Assembly (NCBI GenBank): GCA_900542945.1
Contig: UQPI01000001.1
Location: 6,215 to 70,214 of the forward strand
DNA length: 64,000 nt
Direction of reading: 5' to 3'
Source of the DNA: an uncultured Collinsella sp.
GTDB lineage: Bacteria > Actinomycetota > Coriobacteriia > Coriobacteriales > Coriobacteriaceae
Part shown: positions 19,197 to 28,980 of the stretch, in pieces
Position numbering within the stretch: position 1 is the stretch's first letter
Layout of the letters: every line of letters starts with the position of its first letter
Translations under genes and position numbers: made by a program
Notes under the pieces: model-generated
Database searches by the model: none
The model's input: the letters and a program-made list of their open reading frames with translations, nothing else
What the model was told of the DNA's origin: nothing

Positions 19197-19835
19197 ATGG
19201 AAATCTTCAACGCGACCAACCTGCTCTACATTTGGGGCGGCTTTGTTAAGACAATCGAGATCTCGGCGCTGTCGATCTTTTTCTCGCTCATCTTTGGCAC
19301 GGTGCTGGCGCTCGTTAAAAGCTATGCGCCTCGCCCGTTCCGTATTTTGGTGAGCGCCTATATCGAGCTGTTCCGTTGCACGCCGAACCTGCTGTGGATT
19401 CTGTTTATCTACTTTACGGTGCAGGGTTTGGACATTGTGATTTCGACCATCGCCTTTACGCTGTTTACCAGCGCCGTTATGGCCGAGATTGTGCGCGGCG
19501 GCCTCAACTCGATTCCGCGCGGCCAGTTTGAGGCGGCGCAGAGCCAGGGCTTCGGCTTCTTTGCCACCATGCGCTACATCATTCTGCCTCAGACGTTTAA
19601 GACAATCATTCCGGCGCTGTTTAGCCAGTGCACGACCGTCATCAAGGACAGCTCGTATCTTTCGGGTATTAACGTGGCCGAGCTCATGTACACGGCAAAC
19701 GTCGTGATGGCCCATGCGATCGACTTGTCGCAGGTGCTTATGCTCTACGGCCTGGTGTTTGCGATGTACTTTGTGCTCAACTTTGGTATCTCGCTACTAG
19801 TCCGAGCTTACCAGCGTCGTGTGGTAGCCGCATAA
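19197..19835 (+). CDS. Amino-acid ABC transporter permease (second)
   Basis: Paralogous permease with EAAQSQGF motif. Confidence 0.8.
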   Translation: MEIFNATNLLYIWGGFVKTIEISALSIFFSLIFGTVLALVKSYAPRPFRILVSAYIELFRCTPNLLWILFIYFTVQGLDIVISTIAFTLFTSAVMAEIVRGGLNSIPRGQFEAAQSQGFGFFATMRYIILPQTFKTIIPALFSQCTTVIKDSSYLSGINVAELMYTANVVMAHAIDLSQVLMLYGLVFAMYFVLNFGISLLVRAYQRRVVAA

Positions 19836-19881
19836 TGTGACAAAGGGACAGTCCCTTTGTCACATAGAGAAAGGAATCGCG

Positions 19882-20505
19882 ATGAGCGATCTGGAGAATA
19901 AGAAGAATCCTGTGGTCATTACCATCGCGCGCGATTTTGGTGCCGAGGGCCACGAGATCGGACGCATCCTCGCCAACGAGCTGGGGATTCCGCTGTACGA
20001 TAACGAGCTGCTGGTGCGCGCATCGCTGCGCGCGGGCGAGTCGCTCGATAAGATGGCCGCCTATGACGAGCGTCTGGCTGTGGAGAACATGGCGTTTCTG
20101 CCCGACCGCTACGATGCGCGTTCGTACTCGGACAAGCTGTTCCAAAAGATGAGCCAGGTGATTTTGGATTTGGGCGAGACCGAGAGCTGCATTATCGAAG
20201 GCCGCCTGTCCGATTATCTGCTTCGTAACAACCCCAACCACATTGCCGTGCTCGTGACCGCACCCTTTGAGGACCGCGTTGAGATCGTACGCAAGAAGCG
20301 TGGTCTTAACAAAAAGAAGGGCGCCAAGCTGGTCAAACAGCAGCAGAAGGCGCGCGAGGCGTTCTATAAGCGCTACAGCGCCGGCAAGTGGAAGATGACG
20401 AGCGGTAAGGATATCGTCGTCAACCGCGCCAAGCTGGGGCGCGAAGGCTGCAAAGACGTTATCGCCGCTGCCTACCGCTACAAGGTAGCGCAGCTCGAAG
20501 CTTAA
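19882..20505 (+). CDS. Cytidylate kinase-like family protein (PF13189-type)
   Basis: VVITIARDFGAEGHEIGRILANELGIPLYDNELL is a typical N-terminus for this family. Confidence 0.6.
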   Translation: MSDLENKKNPVVITIARDFGAEGHEIGRILANELGIPLYDNELLVRASLRAGESLDKMAAYDERLAVENMAFLPDRYDARSYSDKLFQKMSQVILDLGETESCIIEGRLSDYLLRNNPNHIAVLVTAPFEDRVEIVRKKRGLNKKKGAKLVKQQQKAREAFYKRYSAGKWKMTSGKDIVVNRAKLGREGCKDVIAAAYRYKVAQLEA

Positions 20506-20507
20506 CC

Positions 20508-20885
20508 GACCAAAACCACCACAAAGGGGACAGGCACCTTTGTGGTGGTTTTGCTTTAGGCCGAGGGAAAGGCCTTGGCGGCAGTGCCTATCCTCGGCTT
20601 TTGCATAGTCTCGATCTGTAACACCAAGCCAGCGAAAATGGCTCTAACTGTTACAGATTTAGATGAACCGTTCGGCCGTCAGCCCAACGTCTTGATCTGT
20701 AACACCAGGCGGCATATTTGGCCTCTAACTGTTACAGATTGAGATGCGGCGTGGGCGGCCGGCACAATATCTCGATCTGTAACAACTGCAGGGCTCAACG
20801 GACTCCAGCTGTTACAGATTGAGACAAAACGACCGGGCAAGTCCCAAACCACCACAAAGGTGTCTGCCCCATCGTGGTGGTTTGG
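20508..20885. repeat. Composite hairpin-repeat locus: two 40-bp outer hairpins in inverted orientation bracketing three tandem palindromic units (TCTCGATCTGTAACA - variable 20-26 nt - TGTTACAGATYGAGA)
   Basis: Units at 20607-20665, 20689-20748 and 20768-20826. Outer hairpins CAAAACCACCACAAAGGGGACAGGCACCTTTGTGGTGGTTTTG (20508-20548) and its relative at 20836-20885. Arms are inverted, not direct, so this is not CRISPR. Confidence 0.8.
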
Positions 20886-20964
20886 GCGGCCGGCATAGAA
20901 AAAGTCCCCGCCGGGCGTGTGCTCGACGGGGGCTTTGCCGTTTGATGGCTAGCACTACAGGTGA

Positions 20965-22374
20965 TTACTCGCCCAGCAGGCTCTTGGTGATGGAAGCGGC
21001 GGCCTTCTTGCCGGCGCCCATCGCCAGAATGACCGTAGCGGCACCGGTGACGATGTCGCCGCCGGCCCAGATGCGGGGATCGGTGGTCTGGCCGGTCTCC
21101 TCGTCGGCGACGATGTAGCCCCACTTGTTGAGCTCCATCTTGCCGCCGATCTTCTTTGCGAAGGGGTTGGCGTTGGTGCCGATAGCCGAGATCGCGACGT
21201 CGCAGGGGATCTCCTCGATGGCGCCCTCGATGGGCACCGGGCGACGACGGCCGGACTCGTCAGGCTCGCCGAGCTCCATCTTCTGGACCTTGACAGCGCA
21301 CACGGAGCCGTCCTCGCCAGCGACAAACTCGAGCGGGGAGACGAGCGGCAGAACCTCGACGCCCTCGGCCTTAGCATGGTGCAGCTCGGCGCGACGGCAG
21401 GGCATCTCGTCCTCGGTACGGCGGTAGGCGATGATGGCGTGCTCGGCGCCCAGGCGCTTGGCGGTACGGACGGCGTCCATAGCCACGTTGCCGCCACCAA
21501 AGACGACGACGTTCTTGCCGTGCTTGGTGGGGGTGTCGTACTCGGGGAACTTGTTGGCCTTCATCAGGTTCACGCGGGTGAGGTACTCGTTAGCGAAGAA
21601 GACGTTGGGCAGGTTCTCGCCGGGGACGTTGAGGAACTTGGGCAGGCCGGCGCCGGTTGCCACGTAGATGGCGTCGAAGCCCTGCTCGAACAGCTCCTCG
21701 GCCGTGGCCATGTTGCCCACGACGGAGTTGTACTCAAACTTGACGCCCATGTCCTCCAGGCCGTCGATCTCGCGCTTGACGACTGCCTTGGGCAGACGGA
21801 ACTCGGGGATGCCGTAGACCAGCACGCCGCCGCCGGTGAAGAATGCCTCGAAGACGGTGACGTCAAAGCCGTTGCGGGCGAGCTCGCCGGCGCAGGTGAT
21901 GCCGGACGGGCCGGAGCCGACGACGGCGACCTTCTTGCCGTTCTTGGGGGCCATCTTGGGCGTGGAGGCGAGCTCGGGGCGGTCACCCAGGAAGCGCTCG
22001 AGCTGGCCGATGGCCACGGGCTCGGACTTCTTGCCGCGGATGCACTTGCCCTCGCACTGGTTCTCCTGCGGGCAGACGCGGCCGCAGATGGCGGGAAGCA
22101 TGGAGTCCTCGCGGATGGTATCGAGGGCGCCGCCGAAGTCCTTCGCGCGGATCTGCTCGATAAAGCGGGGGATGTTGATGTTGACGGGGCAGCCCTCAAC
22201 ACAGAACGGCTTCTTGCAGTTGAGGCAGCGCTCGGCCTCGGCCAGCGCCATCTCCTCGGTGAAGCCCTTGTCGACGGGGCGGAAGTCGCAGGCGCGCTCG
22301 GCAGCCGGCTCCTCGTTATCGGGGGTGCGGGGCGACTTCATATCGGCAACGAAACGACCGTTAACTAGTGGCAT
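20965..22374 (-). CDS. nfnB: NADH-dependent reduced ferredoxin:NADP oxidoreductase subunit B / glutamate synthase small-subunit-like
   Basis: N-terminal Cys-rich region (CLNCKKPFC...CPVNINIP). FAD/NAD Rossmann motif VAVVGSGPSGITCAG. It is paired with the upstream nfnA. Confidence 0.8.
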   Translation of the reverse strand: MPLVNGRFVADMKSPRTPDNEEPAAERACDFRPVDKGFTEEMALAEAERCLNCKKPFCVEGCPVNINIPRFIEQIRAKDFGGALDTIREDSMLPAICGRVCPQENQCEGKCIRGKKSEPVAIGQLERFLGDRPELASTPKMAPKNGKKVAVVGSGPSGITCAGELARNGFDVTVFEAFFTGGGVLVYGIPEFRLPKAVVKREIDGLEDMGVKFEYNSVVGNMATAEELFEQGFDAIYVATGAGLPKFLNVPGENLPNVFFANEYLTRVNLMKANKFPEYDTPTKHGKNVVVFGGGNVAMDAVRTAKRLGAEHAIIAYRRTEDEMPCRRAELHHAKAEGVEVLPLVSPLEFVAGEDGSVCAVKVQKMELGEPDESGRRRPVPIEGAIEEIPCDVAISAIGTNANPFAKKIGGKMELNKWGYIVADEETGQTTDPRIWAGGDIVTGAATVILAMGAGKKAAASITKSLLGE

Positions 22375-23204
22375 GCGCAGCTCTTTTCCTCATAGGCCTT
22401 GAGGGACTCGCCCTCTTCGGAACGGTAAGCGGCCTGGCGGGCACGAAGGTCATCCCAGTCGACCAGGGTGGCATCGAAGTCGGGGCCGTCGACGCAAGCG
22501 AACTTGGTCACGCCGCCCACCTCGACGCGGCAGCAGCCGCACATGCCGGTGCCGTCAACCATGATGGGGTTGAGCGACGCGGTGATGGGGGTGTCGTACT
22601 TCTGGGTGGTGAGGGTCGAGAACTTCATCATCGGAACGGGGCCGACGCAGAAGACCTGGCTCACGGCCTTGTCCTGCAGCAGACGCTCCAGCGGAGCGGT
22701 GACAACGCCCTGCTCGCCGTAGGAGCCGTCGTCGGTGGTGATGTGGATGTGGTCCTCGTCGAGGAGCTCGCGGAACTGGTCCTCCATGAGCAGGAGGTCC
22801 TTGGTGCGGGCGCCCATGATGGCGTGCACCTCGTGGCCGGTCTCGACCAGGTGCTTGGCGACCGGGAAGGCAATTGCCAGGCCGACGCCGCCGCCAATGA
22901 CGGCGCAGGGGCCCTCGGCCATCTCGGTGGGAACGCCCAGCGGGCCCACGACGTCGCGCAGCGACTCGCCGGCCTCGTAGGTGGACAGCATCTCGGTGGT
23001 CTTGCCGATCACCATGAAGATGAACTCGACCCAGCCCTCGTCACCGTTCCAGCCAGCTAGGGTAAACGGGACGCGCTCGCCCGTCTCGTTGGCGCGAACC
23101 ATGAGGAACTGTCCAGCGTGCGCATGCTTGGCGATTGCGGGCGCCTCGATGCGGAACTTGAACACCTTCTCCGAGAACTGCGTCTTCTCCAGGATCTTAT
23201 ACAT
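22365..23204 (-). CDS. nfnA: Ferredoxin-NADP reductase-like subunit A (sulfide dehydrogenase SudB-type)
   Basis: FNR-like FAD/NAD domain plus C-terminal 2Fe-2S Cys cluster CGCCRVEVGGVTKFACVDGP. It overlaps nfnB. Confidence 0.75.
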   Translation of the reverse strand: MYKILEKTQFSEKVFKFRIEAPAIAKHAHAGQFLMVRANETGERVPFTLAGWNGDEGWVEFIFMVIGKTTEMLSTYEAGESLRDVVGPLGVPTEMAEGPCAVIGGGVGLAIAFPVAKHLVETGHEVHAIMGARTKDLLLMEDQFRELLDEDHIHITTDDGSYGEQGVVTAPLERLLQDKAVSQVFCVGPVPMMKFSTLTTQKYDTPITASLNPIMVDGTGMCGCCRVEVGGVTKFACVDGPDFDATLVDWDDLRARQAAYRSEEGESLKAYEEKSCACH

Positions 23205-23578
23205 AGAACCCCTCTCTTGTTAGGGCGGCCGAACCGTGCCTCCACGGAAATGGACGGCAGCCCGAATAAAACCGTACGCGCACAGGCGTTGTGCAGACAT
23301 ACGGTGCAAATTATACCCTCATGGGCATGTCACTTACGTGTATCTTCGGCAGGTGGGAAAAGGGTTTATCCCGTCTGGCCTGCCAAAAAGGGACAGGTTT
23401 ATTTTGGTCGGTTTTATCAGGCAAAACGGCAAAAGGAGCCGGCTTCGCGCTTTGGTGAGGCCGGCTCCTTTTGAGGCATTGCATATGTATGGCGGCGCAG
23501 GGTTTATTGCGGAGCCGCCACTGTGGCGTTTCCGCAGATAAAACCTGCCAAAAGAAACCTGTCCCTAAATGGTAGGTT

Positions 23579-24208
23579 TTAGTGCTTGCCGTTGGCGGAG
23601 GCGGCACCGTTGACATGGTCGCGGGCATAGACCACGCCGTGCACGATGGCGAGGCCGGCGGCGTCGGCCGCGCGGGCGCAGGTGTCCTGGAAATCCTCGG
23701 CCTCGCGGGCGCGCAGCTGCTTGAGCACGTAGTCGGCCACGGCCATCTTGCCGGGAGGGTTGCCGATGCCGGTGCGGATGCGGCTAAAGTCGCGGCTGCC
23801 CATCTTGTCGATGATGGAGCGCAGGCCGTTGTGACCGGCATGGCCTCCGCCCACCTTGACGCGCACGTCACCGGCGGGAATGTCGAGCTCGTCGTGGATG
23901 ACGAGCAGCTCCTCGGCCTTGATCTTGTATTCGTGGCAGAGCTTGGAGATGGGGCCGCCCGAGGTGTTCATGTACGACTGCGGCTTGACCAGCACAATTT
24001 GGCGCTTGCCGCCCTCTTCCTCGGCATCGTTGATATTGATGAGCGCGACCTCGGCGCCGGCCTGGTTTTTCCAGTACGTGACGCCGGCCTGACGGGCCAG
24101 CTCGTCAATCGCCTTAAAGCCGGCGTTGTGGCGGGTCTCGGCATATTCCTCGCCCGGGTTGCCAAGCCCGGCAACCATGCGAATCTTAAGCGGCTGTGCA
24201 GCTGCCAT
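23579..24208 (-). CDS. pth: Peptidyl-tRNA hydrolase
   Basis: RMVAGLGNPGEEY...TRHNAGF...GGHAGHNGLRS signatures. An RBS precedes the second in-frame ATG. The ORF-track N-terminal extension is unlikely to be real. Confidence 0.85.
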   Translation of the reverse strand: MAAAQPLKIRMVAGLGNPGEEYAETRHNAGFKAIDELARQAGVTYWKNQAGAEVALININDAEEEGGKRQIVLVKPQSYMNTSGGPISKLCHEYKIKAEELLVIHDELDIPAGDVRVKVGGGHAGHNGLRSIIDKMGSRDFSRIRTGIGNPPGKMAVADYVLKQLRAREAEDFQDTCARAADAAGLAIVHGVVYARDHVNGAASANGKH

Positions 24209-24323
24209 GTTCATCCTTTCGTTGATTTGTCGCCTGCTATGGTGAGCGACCCTGTTGCCGCTGTCAAATGGAGGGCAATTGAGGTTGTTTGGGGGCGTTT
24301 GGACGGCCGTCAAAATCCGAGGT

Positions 24324-24525
24324 GGACAGGTAGTTCAGATACGTATAAGTTCTGAGGACTCGAAGTACTTAATTCGATGCCGATACGTTGTTTTGGAGCT
24401 TTAATTGGTCCATATGACGCTGTTTTGAAGTCTACCCTGCCTTCAAATAGGGCGAATGGTATAGAGATAACTGCAAAACAGTCTAATTCAATGTGTCCAT
24501 TTATACGTATTTGAACTAACTGTCC
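24324..24525. mobile_element. MITE-like element 1 (~200 bp) with 26-bp terminal inverted repeats GGACAGGTAGTTCAGATACGTATAAG
   Basis: Left TIR at 24324-24349. The reverse-complement copy (3 mismatches) is at 24500-24525. Confidence 0.7.
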
Positions 24526-24559
24526 AGCCCTGCTCGACGGCGCACGGGTGATTCGCCGT

Positions 24560-25687
24560 TTAGACCGGCGCGAGGCCGATTCCGGCCCGCAGAGCGTTGA
24601 GCCAAGCGGCCTGACGTTTGCGATAACCCTTGATGCGATAGCGGAACCGAACCCCAGTAAGTCGATGCATCGTCTGGGCGAAGGCTTCGAGCGCAACAAG
24701 GTCTTTCATTTGGTCGCGATTGATAACCAGGACGTGGATACCCATGGCTTTAAGGCCATTGTTGCGATTGCCATCGTGGATGCGAGCATTTTGAAGCTCA
24801 TGCCCAATTCCGTTGTATTCGTTGTCGACTCCTGCAGCTGGGCAATATAAGTCGCAGATGGCATAGGGGATGCCGGAGGACATGTTGACCGCAAGAGTGT
24901 CGAAGTCGATTCGATGGTTGAGTAGCAGGCCTCCCATGGGCAGGCTGCAACATCCGAATCCGCCAAAGCGCATGGGCGCTCCGAGAACGGCAAACATTAG
25001 GGATTCGGCTGGGGATGCAGATCCGGGTCGGGCGAGATTGACTGCCGTGCGAAACGAGGCGTAGGAGCTACTTTTGGCAAACTGTGCGACTGCTTCGAGC
25101 TCATTTATGGTTGTGGCAGGCTCGCATTTGTAGTGCGCCTGTTCGTAGCGGGTTTCGGTCTGCTGTTCGGCCGCCGACTGGTCGCCCCGGCAATCGAGGT
25201 CGTCCATCGCTTCGTAGCCATCGCCCTTGGGCCAGATGTCGTCATAGGCAATGGGGTATGTTGCCCCGGGAGGAAGGGAGTAGGTTCCGAGCAGTTCCAT
25301 GAGAAGCATCAAGGTTTTGGCGACTGATTCATTTTTGGAACAAAGCATGGCTGTCATGGCAGGAGACGTTGCGTAGATGTCGGCCTCGACGTGCATAATT
25401 GCACCTTCAGGAAGCGGAGCGGAGAGAATATGCTGAAGAAGTCGCTTGTCGGGGCGTCTGTTGTCTTCGTCTGAAACGAGAAGATCGAGCAGTTCGGAAT
25501 CAGCTTCATTCCAGGCATCGAGTATCGAAAGTGCGCCAAAGTCTATCGCGTCATTATTGGGAATGCAGCTAGCCAAGGCCTGTGCTTGCTGTTCACTATC
25601 AACGGAGTCCCAGGGTAGGGCAGAGTACGCCCGTCGTGCGCGACGAATTGCGCGGAGGGCGGAGAGATGTGAAATCACGGTCGTCAT
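24560..25687 (-). CDS. Hypothetical protein (375 aa) with no recognisable domain, inserted between pth and prs
   Basis: Long ORF with consistent codon usage. No family assigned by inspection. It is bracketed by the two TIR elements. Confidence 0.55.
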   Translation of the reverse strand: MTTVISHLSALRAIRRARRAYSALPWDSVDSEQQAQALASCIPNNDAIDFGALSILDAWNEADSELLDLLVSDEDNRRPDKRLLQHILSAPLPEGAIMHVEADIYATSPAMTAMLCSKNESVAKTLMLLMELLGTYSLPPGATYPIAYDDIWPKGDGYEAMDDLDCRGDQSAAEQQTETRYEQAHYKCEPATTINELEAVAQFAKSSSYASFRTAVNLARPGSASPAESLMFAVLGAPMRFGGFGCCSLPMGGLLLNHRIDFDTLAVNMSSGIPYAICDLYCPAAGVDNEYNGIGHELQNARIHDGNRNNGLKAMGIHVLVINRDQMKDLVALEAFAQTMHRLTGVRFRYRIKGYRKRQAAWLNALRAGIGLAPV

Positions 25688-25851
25688 AGCTATAACGTAC
25701 TAAGTTGGCGGCAGAATGCGACCGCCATACCGTTCTTTTCGCTCAGCGGGGCGCTGCGCGCCATGAACGGCTGGGTGTTATGAAATCGGTGGAATCGGTT
25801 GAGGGGATTGCAGGAAATTGAGCTCTGCCGCGAAGGTTGACGATAGCTACT

Positions 25852-26061
25852 GGACAGTTAGTTCAGATACGTATAAGGCGGCGGGCGTTCGAGGCGTTTC
25901 TAAGGGGCTTCGAGGGCGATTTGAGGGTAAATATGCGGCGGTTGTACTCGAAAACGATGAGCATTGGGCGGCATGGCATCCGCCGGGGAGCTCAGAACGC
26001 TCCGAACGGCCCTTTGGGGCTTTAAAAAAATACGTATCTGAACTAATTGTCCAGGGAAGGT
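25852..26061. mobile_element. MITE-like element 2 (~210 bp) with the same 26-bp TIRs and unrelated internal sequence
   Basis: GGACAGTTAGTTCAGATACGTATAAG at 25852-25877. Its reverse complement is at 26036-26061. The internal sequence differs from element 1. Confidence 0.7.
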
Positions 26062-26139
26062 TGGCGAGGGATAGAAAAAGGGTCGGAAGCGAGCTTCCGA
26101 CCCTTTAAAAGCATCAAAGATGATGCGATGCGCGTTGGA

Positions 26140-27126
26140 TTACAGTGCGAAGTCGCCGCCGACGAGCGTGGAGACGGGCTCCTCGTGGTAAACGGCGGAG
26201 ATGGCCTGAGCGAACTCCTCGGCGACCGAGATGGTCTTGATCTTGCCGCCGACCTCGACGGGGATGGCGTCGGTGACGACGCACTCGACGATGGGGGCAT
26301 CGTTCAGGCGCTCGATGGCCGGACCGGAGAAGATGCCGTGGGTGGCGCAGACGTAGATGTCGCCGGCGCCCATAGCCTTGAGCTCCTTGACGTTGGCGCA
26401 CAGGGTGCCAGCGGTGTCGATCATGTCGTCGTTGATGATGCAGGTCTTGCCCTTGATGTCACCGATGATGCCCATGACCTCGGCGGCGTTGTGGCGCGGA
26501 CGGCCCTTGTGGGCGATGGCCAGGTCGCAGCCGAGCATGTCGGACAGCTTCTTGGCGGCCTTGGCGCGACCCACGTCGGGGGAGACGACAACCAGGTTGT
26601 CGGTGTCGAAGTGCATGTCGTTGTAGTACTGGCCAAACAGCGGCAGTGCGGACAGGTGGTTAACCGGGATATCGAAGAAGCCCTGGATCTGACCCTGGTG
26701 CAGGTCGAGGGTGATGATGCGGTTGACGCCGGCGCGCTCGAGCAGGTTGGCGACGAGGCGGGCGGTGATGGGCTCGCGCGGGCCGGCCTTGCGGTCCTGG
26801 CGGGCATAGCCGTAGTGGGTGATAACGGCGGTGATGGAGCGGGCGGATGCGCGCTTGGCAGCGTCGGTGGCGATGAGCAGCTCCATGAGCATGTCGTTGA
26901 CGTTGCCGCCGGCCACGGACTGAATCAGGAAGACGTCGGCGCCGCGGACGGTCTCGTCGTAGCGGGCGTAAATCTCACCATTGGCGAACTGCTTTAGCGT
27001 AAGGCCCGAAAGCTCGACCCCAAGGTACTCAGCAATCTTCTGAGCGAGGGGACGGTTGGAGGAACCGGAATACACGCGGATGGACTTGCGCATATTCTCC
27101 GACTTCTCGGGATCATTAATCGGCAT
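26140..27126 (-). CDS. prs: Ribose-phosphate pyrophosphokinase
   Basis: RVYSGSSNRPLAQKIAEYLG start. PRPP-binding loop VLVDDMIDTAGT-like (IINDDMIDTAGT) is present. Confidence 0.9.
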   Translation of the reverse strand: MPINDPEKSENMRKSIRVYSGSSNRPLAQKIAEYLGVELSGLTLKQFANGEIYARYDETVRGADVFLIQSVAGGNVNDMLMELLIATDAAKRASARSITAVITHYGYARQDRKAGPREPITARLVANLLERAGVNRIITLDLHQGQIQGFFDIPVNHLSALPLFGQYYNDMHFDTDNLVVVSPDVGRAKAAKKLSDMLGCDLAIAHKGRPRHNAAEVMGIIGDIKGKTCIINDDMIDTAGTLCANVKELKAMGAGDIYVCATHGIFSGPAIERLNDAPIVECVVTDAIPVEVGGKIKTISVAEEFAQAISAVYHEEPVSTLVGGDFAL

Positions 27127-27317
27127 TACCCTTCTCCTTTATATCGAATGCCATATAGATGCCTTGTTGCATTGTAACCGCGCGGCGGGGTTTATCGAGT
27201 CTTGATAACGTCTTTACCGTCAACGGACACGAACCGACCACTCATCCGGCCGCGCAGGTCAGCATAGAAAAAGGAGCCGTCCCCATGGGAACAGCTCCTT
27301 AGATGCTTGGTAAAACG

Positions 27318-28730
27318 TTATACCTCGTCGTCCTCGTGCAGACGGCGGCGATAATCGGCGGCCCAGCCCTCAATATTTACCTGACGGGCGCGGCCCAGTC
27401 CGAGCGCGTCTGCCGGGACCGGCTCGGTGATGACGGAGCCGGCGGCCACGAGCGCGCCGTCGCCGATCTGGGCGGGCGCGACCATCATGGTGTCGGAACC
27501 GATGAAGGCATCCTTGCCGATGACGGTCTTGTGCTTGTGCACGCCGTCGTAGTTGCAGGTGATGGAGCCGGCACCCACGTTGACGCCGGAGCCCATGGTC
27601 GTGTCACCGATGTAGGACAGGTGCGGCACCTTGGAGCCCTCGCCGATCGTGGACTTCTTGATCTCCACGTGCGTGCCGGCCTTGGAGCCGTCGAGCATGT
27701 GGGTGCCCGGGCGCAGGTAGGCGCGCGGGCCGCAGTCGACGCCGTTCTCGATGACGGCGTCGATGGCGATGGTCTCATCGATGGTGCAGCCGCTGCCGAC
27801 GGTGGTGTCGGTGAGGCGGCTGTTGGGGCCGAGCTGGCACTCCTCGCCCACGGTGACGTGGCCGATCAGGTGCGTCTGCGGCCAGACGACGGTGTCGCGG
27901 CCGATGGTGGCATCAGGGCCGATCCAGGCCTGCGTGGGGTCGATGAAGGTAACGCCCTCGGCCATCCAGTGCTCGTTGATGCGGTCGCGCGCGATGGCGG
28001 TAAGCTGTGCGAGCTGGATGCGGCTGTTGACGCCCAGGCCGTCGCGGTAGTCGTCGCAGTGGAAGATGGAGACTGCCTGGCCGTGGCCCTTGAGGATCTC
28101 GAGCATGTCGGGCAGATAGTACTCGGACTGCGCGTTGTCGTTGCCGATCTCGTCGATGTGGGCGGCGAGCTGCGCGCCGTCGAAGGCGTAGCAGCCGGCG
28201 TTGCACTCCAGCAGTGTGGCGGCCTGCTCGGGCGTGCAGTCCTTCTGCTCGATGATGCGCTCGATCTGACCATCGGCGCCCAGCTTGATGCGGCCGTATC
28301 CGAAAGGATCGGGCGGGGTCATGGTCATGACGGTGCAGGCGAGCTCGCCGGTGGCGACGGTTTGCGCGAACTTGGCGACGGTGTCGGCGGTGATGAGCGG
28401 CAGGTCGCCGTTGAGCACGACGACGGGGCCTTGCGTGATGCCACAGGCCTCGAGCGCGACCTTCACGGCATGACCGGTGCCCAGGCGCTCGGTCTGCTCA
28501 ACGCACTCGACCTTGGTGGCACTGGTGGCGTAGGCGCCGTCGATGAGGGCGCGCATCTCGTCGGCGTGGCTGCCGATGACGACCACGACGCGGCTGCAGC
28601 CGGCCTTGATGGTAGCGTCGACGATCCACTGGACCATGGGCTTGCCCAGGATCTTGTGCGAAACCTTGCAGTGGTTCGACTTCATGCGGGTGCCCTCGCC
28701 GGCGGCGAGGATAATTGCGGTTGCGTCCAT
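27318..28730 (-). CDS. glmU: Bifunctional UDP-N-acetylglucosamine pyrophosphorylase / glucosamine-1-phosphate N-acetyltransferase
   Basis: AIILAAGEGTRMKS nucleotidyltransferase motif. C-terminal left-handed beta-helix hexapeptide repeats are present. The start is placed at the internal Met MDATAII. The ORF-track N-terminal extension is unlikely to be real. Confidence 0.85.
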   Translation of the reverse strand: MDATAIILAAGEGTRMKSNHCKVSHKILGKPMVQWIVDATIKAGCSRVVVVIGSHADEMRALIDGAYATSATKVECVEQTERLGTGHAVKVALEACGITQGPVVVLNGDLPLITADTVAKFAQTVATGELACTVMTMTPPDPFGYGRIKLGADGQIERIIEQKDCTPEQAATLLECNAGCYAFDGAQLAAHIDEIGNDNAQSEYYLPDMLEILKGHGQAVSIFHCDDYRDGLGVNSRIQLAQLTAIARDRINEHWMAEGVTFIDPTQAWIGPDATIGRDTVVWPQTHLIGHVTVGEECQLGPNSRLTDTTVGSGCTIDETIAIDAVIENGVDCGPRAYLRPGTHMLDGSKAGTHVEIKKSTIGEGSKVPHLSYIGDTTMGSGVNVGAGSITCNYDGVHKHKTVIGKDAFIGSDTMMVAPAQIGDGALVAAGSVITEPVPADALGLGRARQVNIEGWAADYRRRLHEDDEV

Positions 28731-28980
28731 GTGATCTCCTGTTACGTTATAGAGACGTGTGTTTGGAAACGATACACGGCGCAATATGATACCGCAGGCA
28801 TATGTTGAGCGCGTAGCGATTGGTTTGCGGCGGTTGAGGCTTGCGCCGCCGGCGTGGCGTTTGTGCTGCTTGCGTGCGGCGTTGGCGGTGCTGCGGAGCT
28901 GTCGTTTGAGCGAGGGGACGGGGGTGCCCGTGGACAACATACAAGAGGAGTTTGGCGGCGAGCCCGTCGCGGCATTCTCG

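Noticed and set aside
20600-20830. Possible CRISPR array (regularly spaced repeats of ~15 bp)
   Set aside because: The conserved segments are inverted complements of each other around each variable segment (hairpin units), not direct repeats separated by spacers. No cas genes are nearby.
24560-25687. Assigning the 375-aa protein as ribosomal protein L25/Ctc, expected between prs and pth
   Set aside because: The sequence has no resemblance to L25/general stress protein Ctc, so it is kept as hypothetical.
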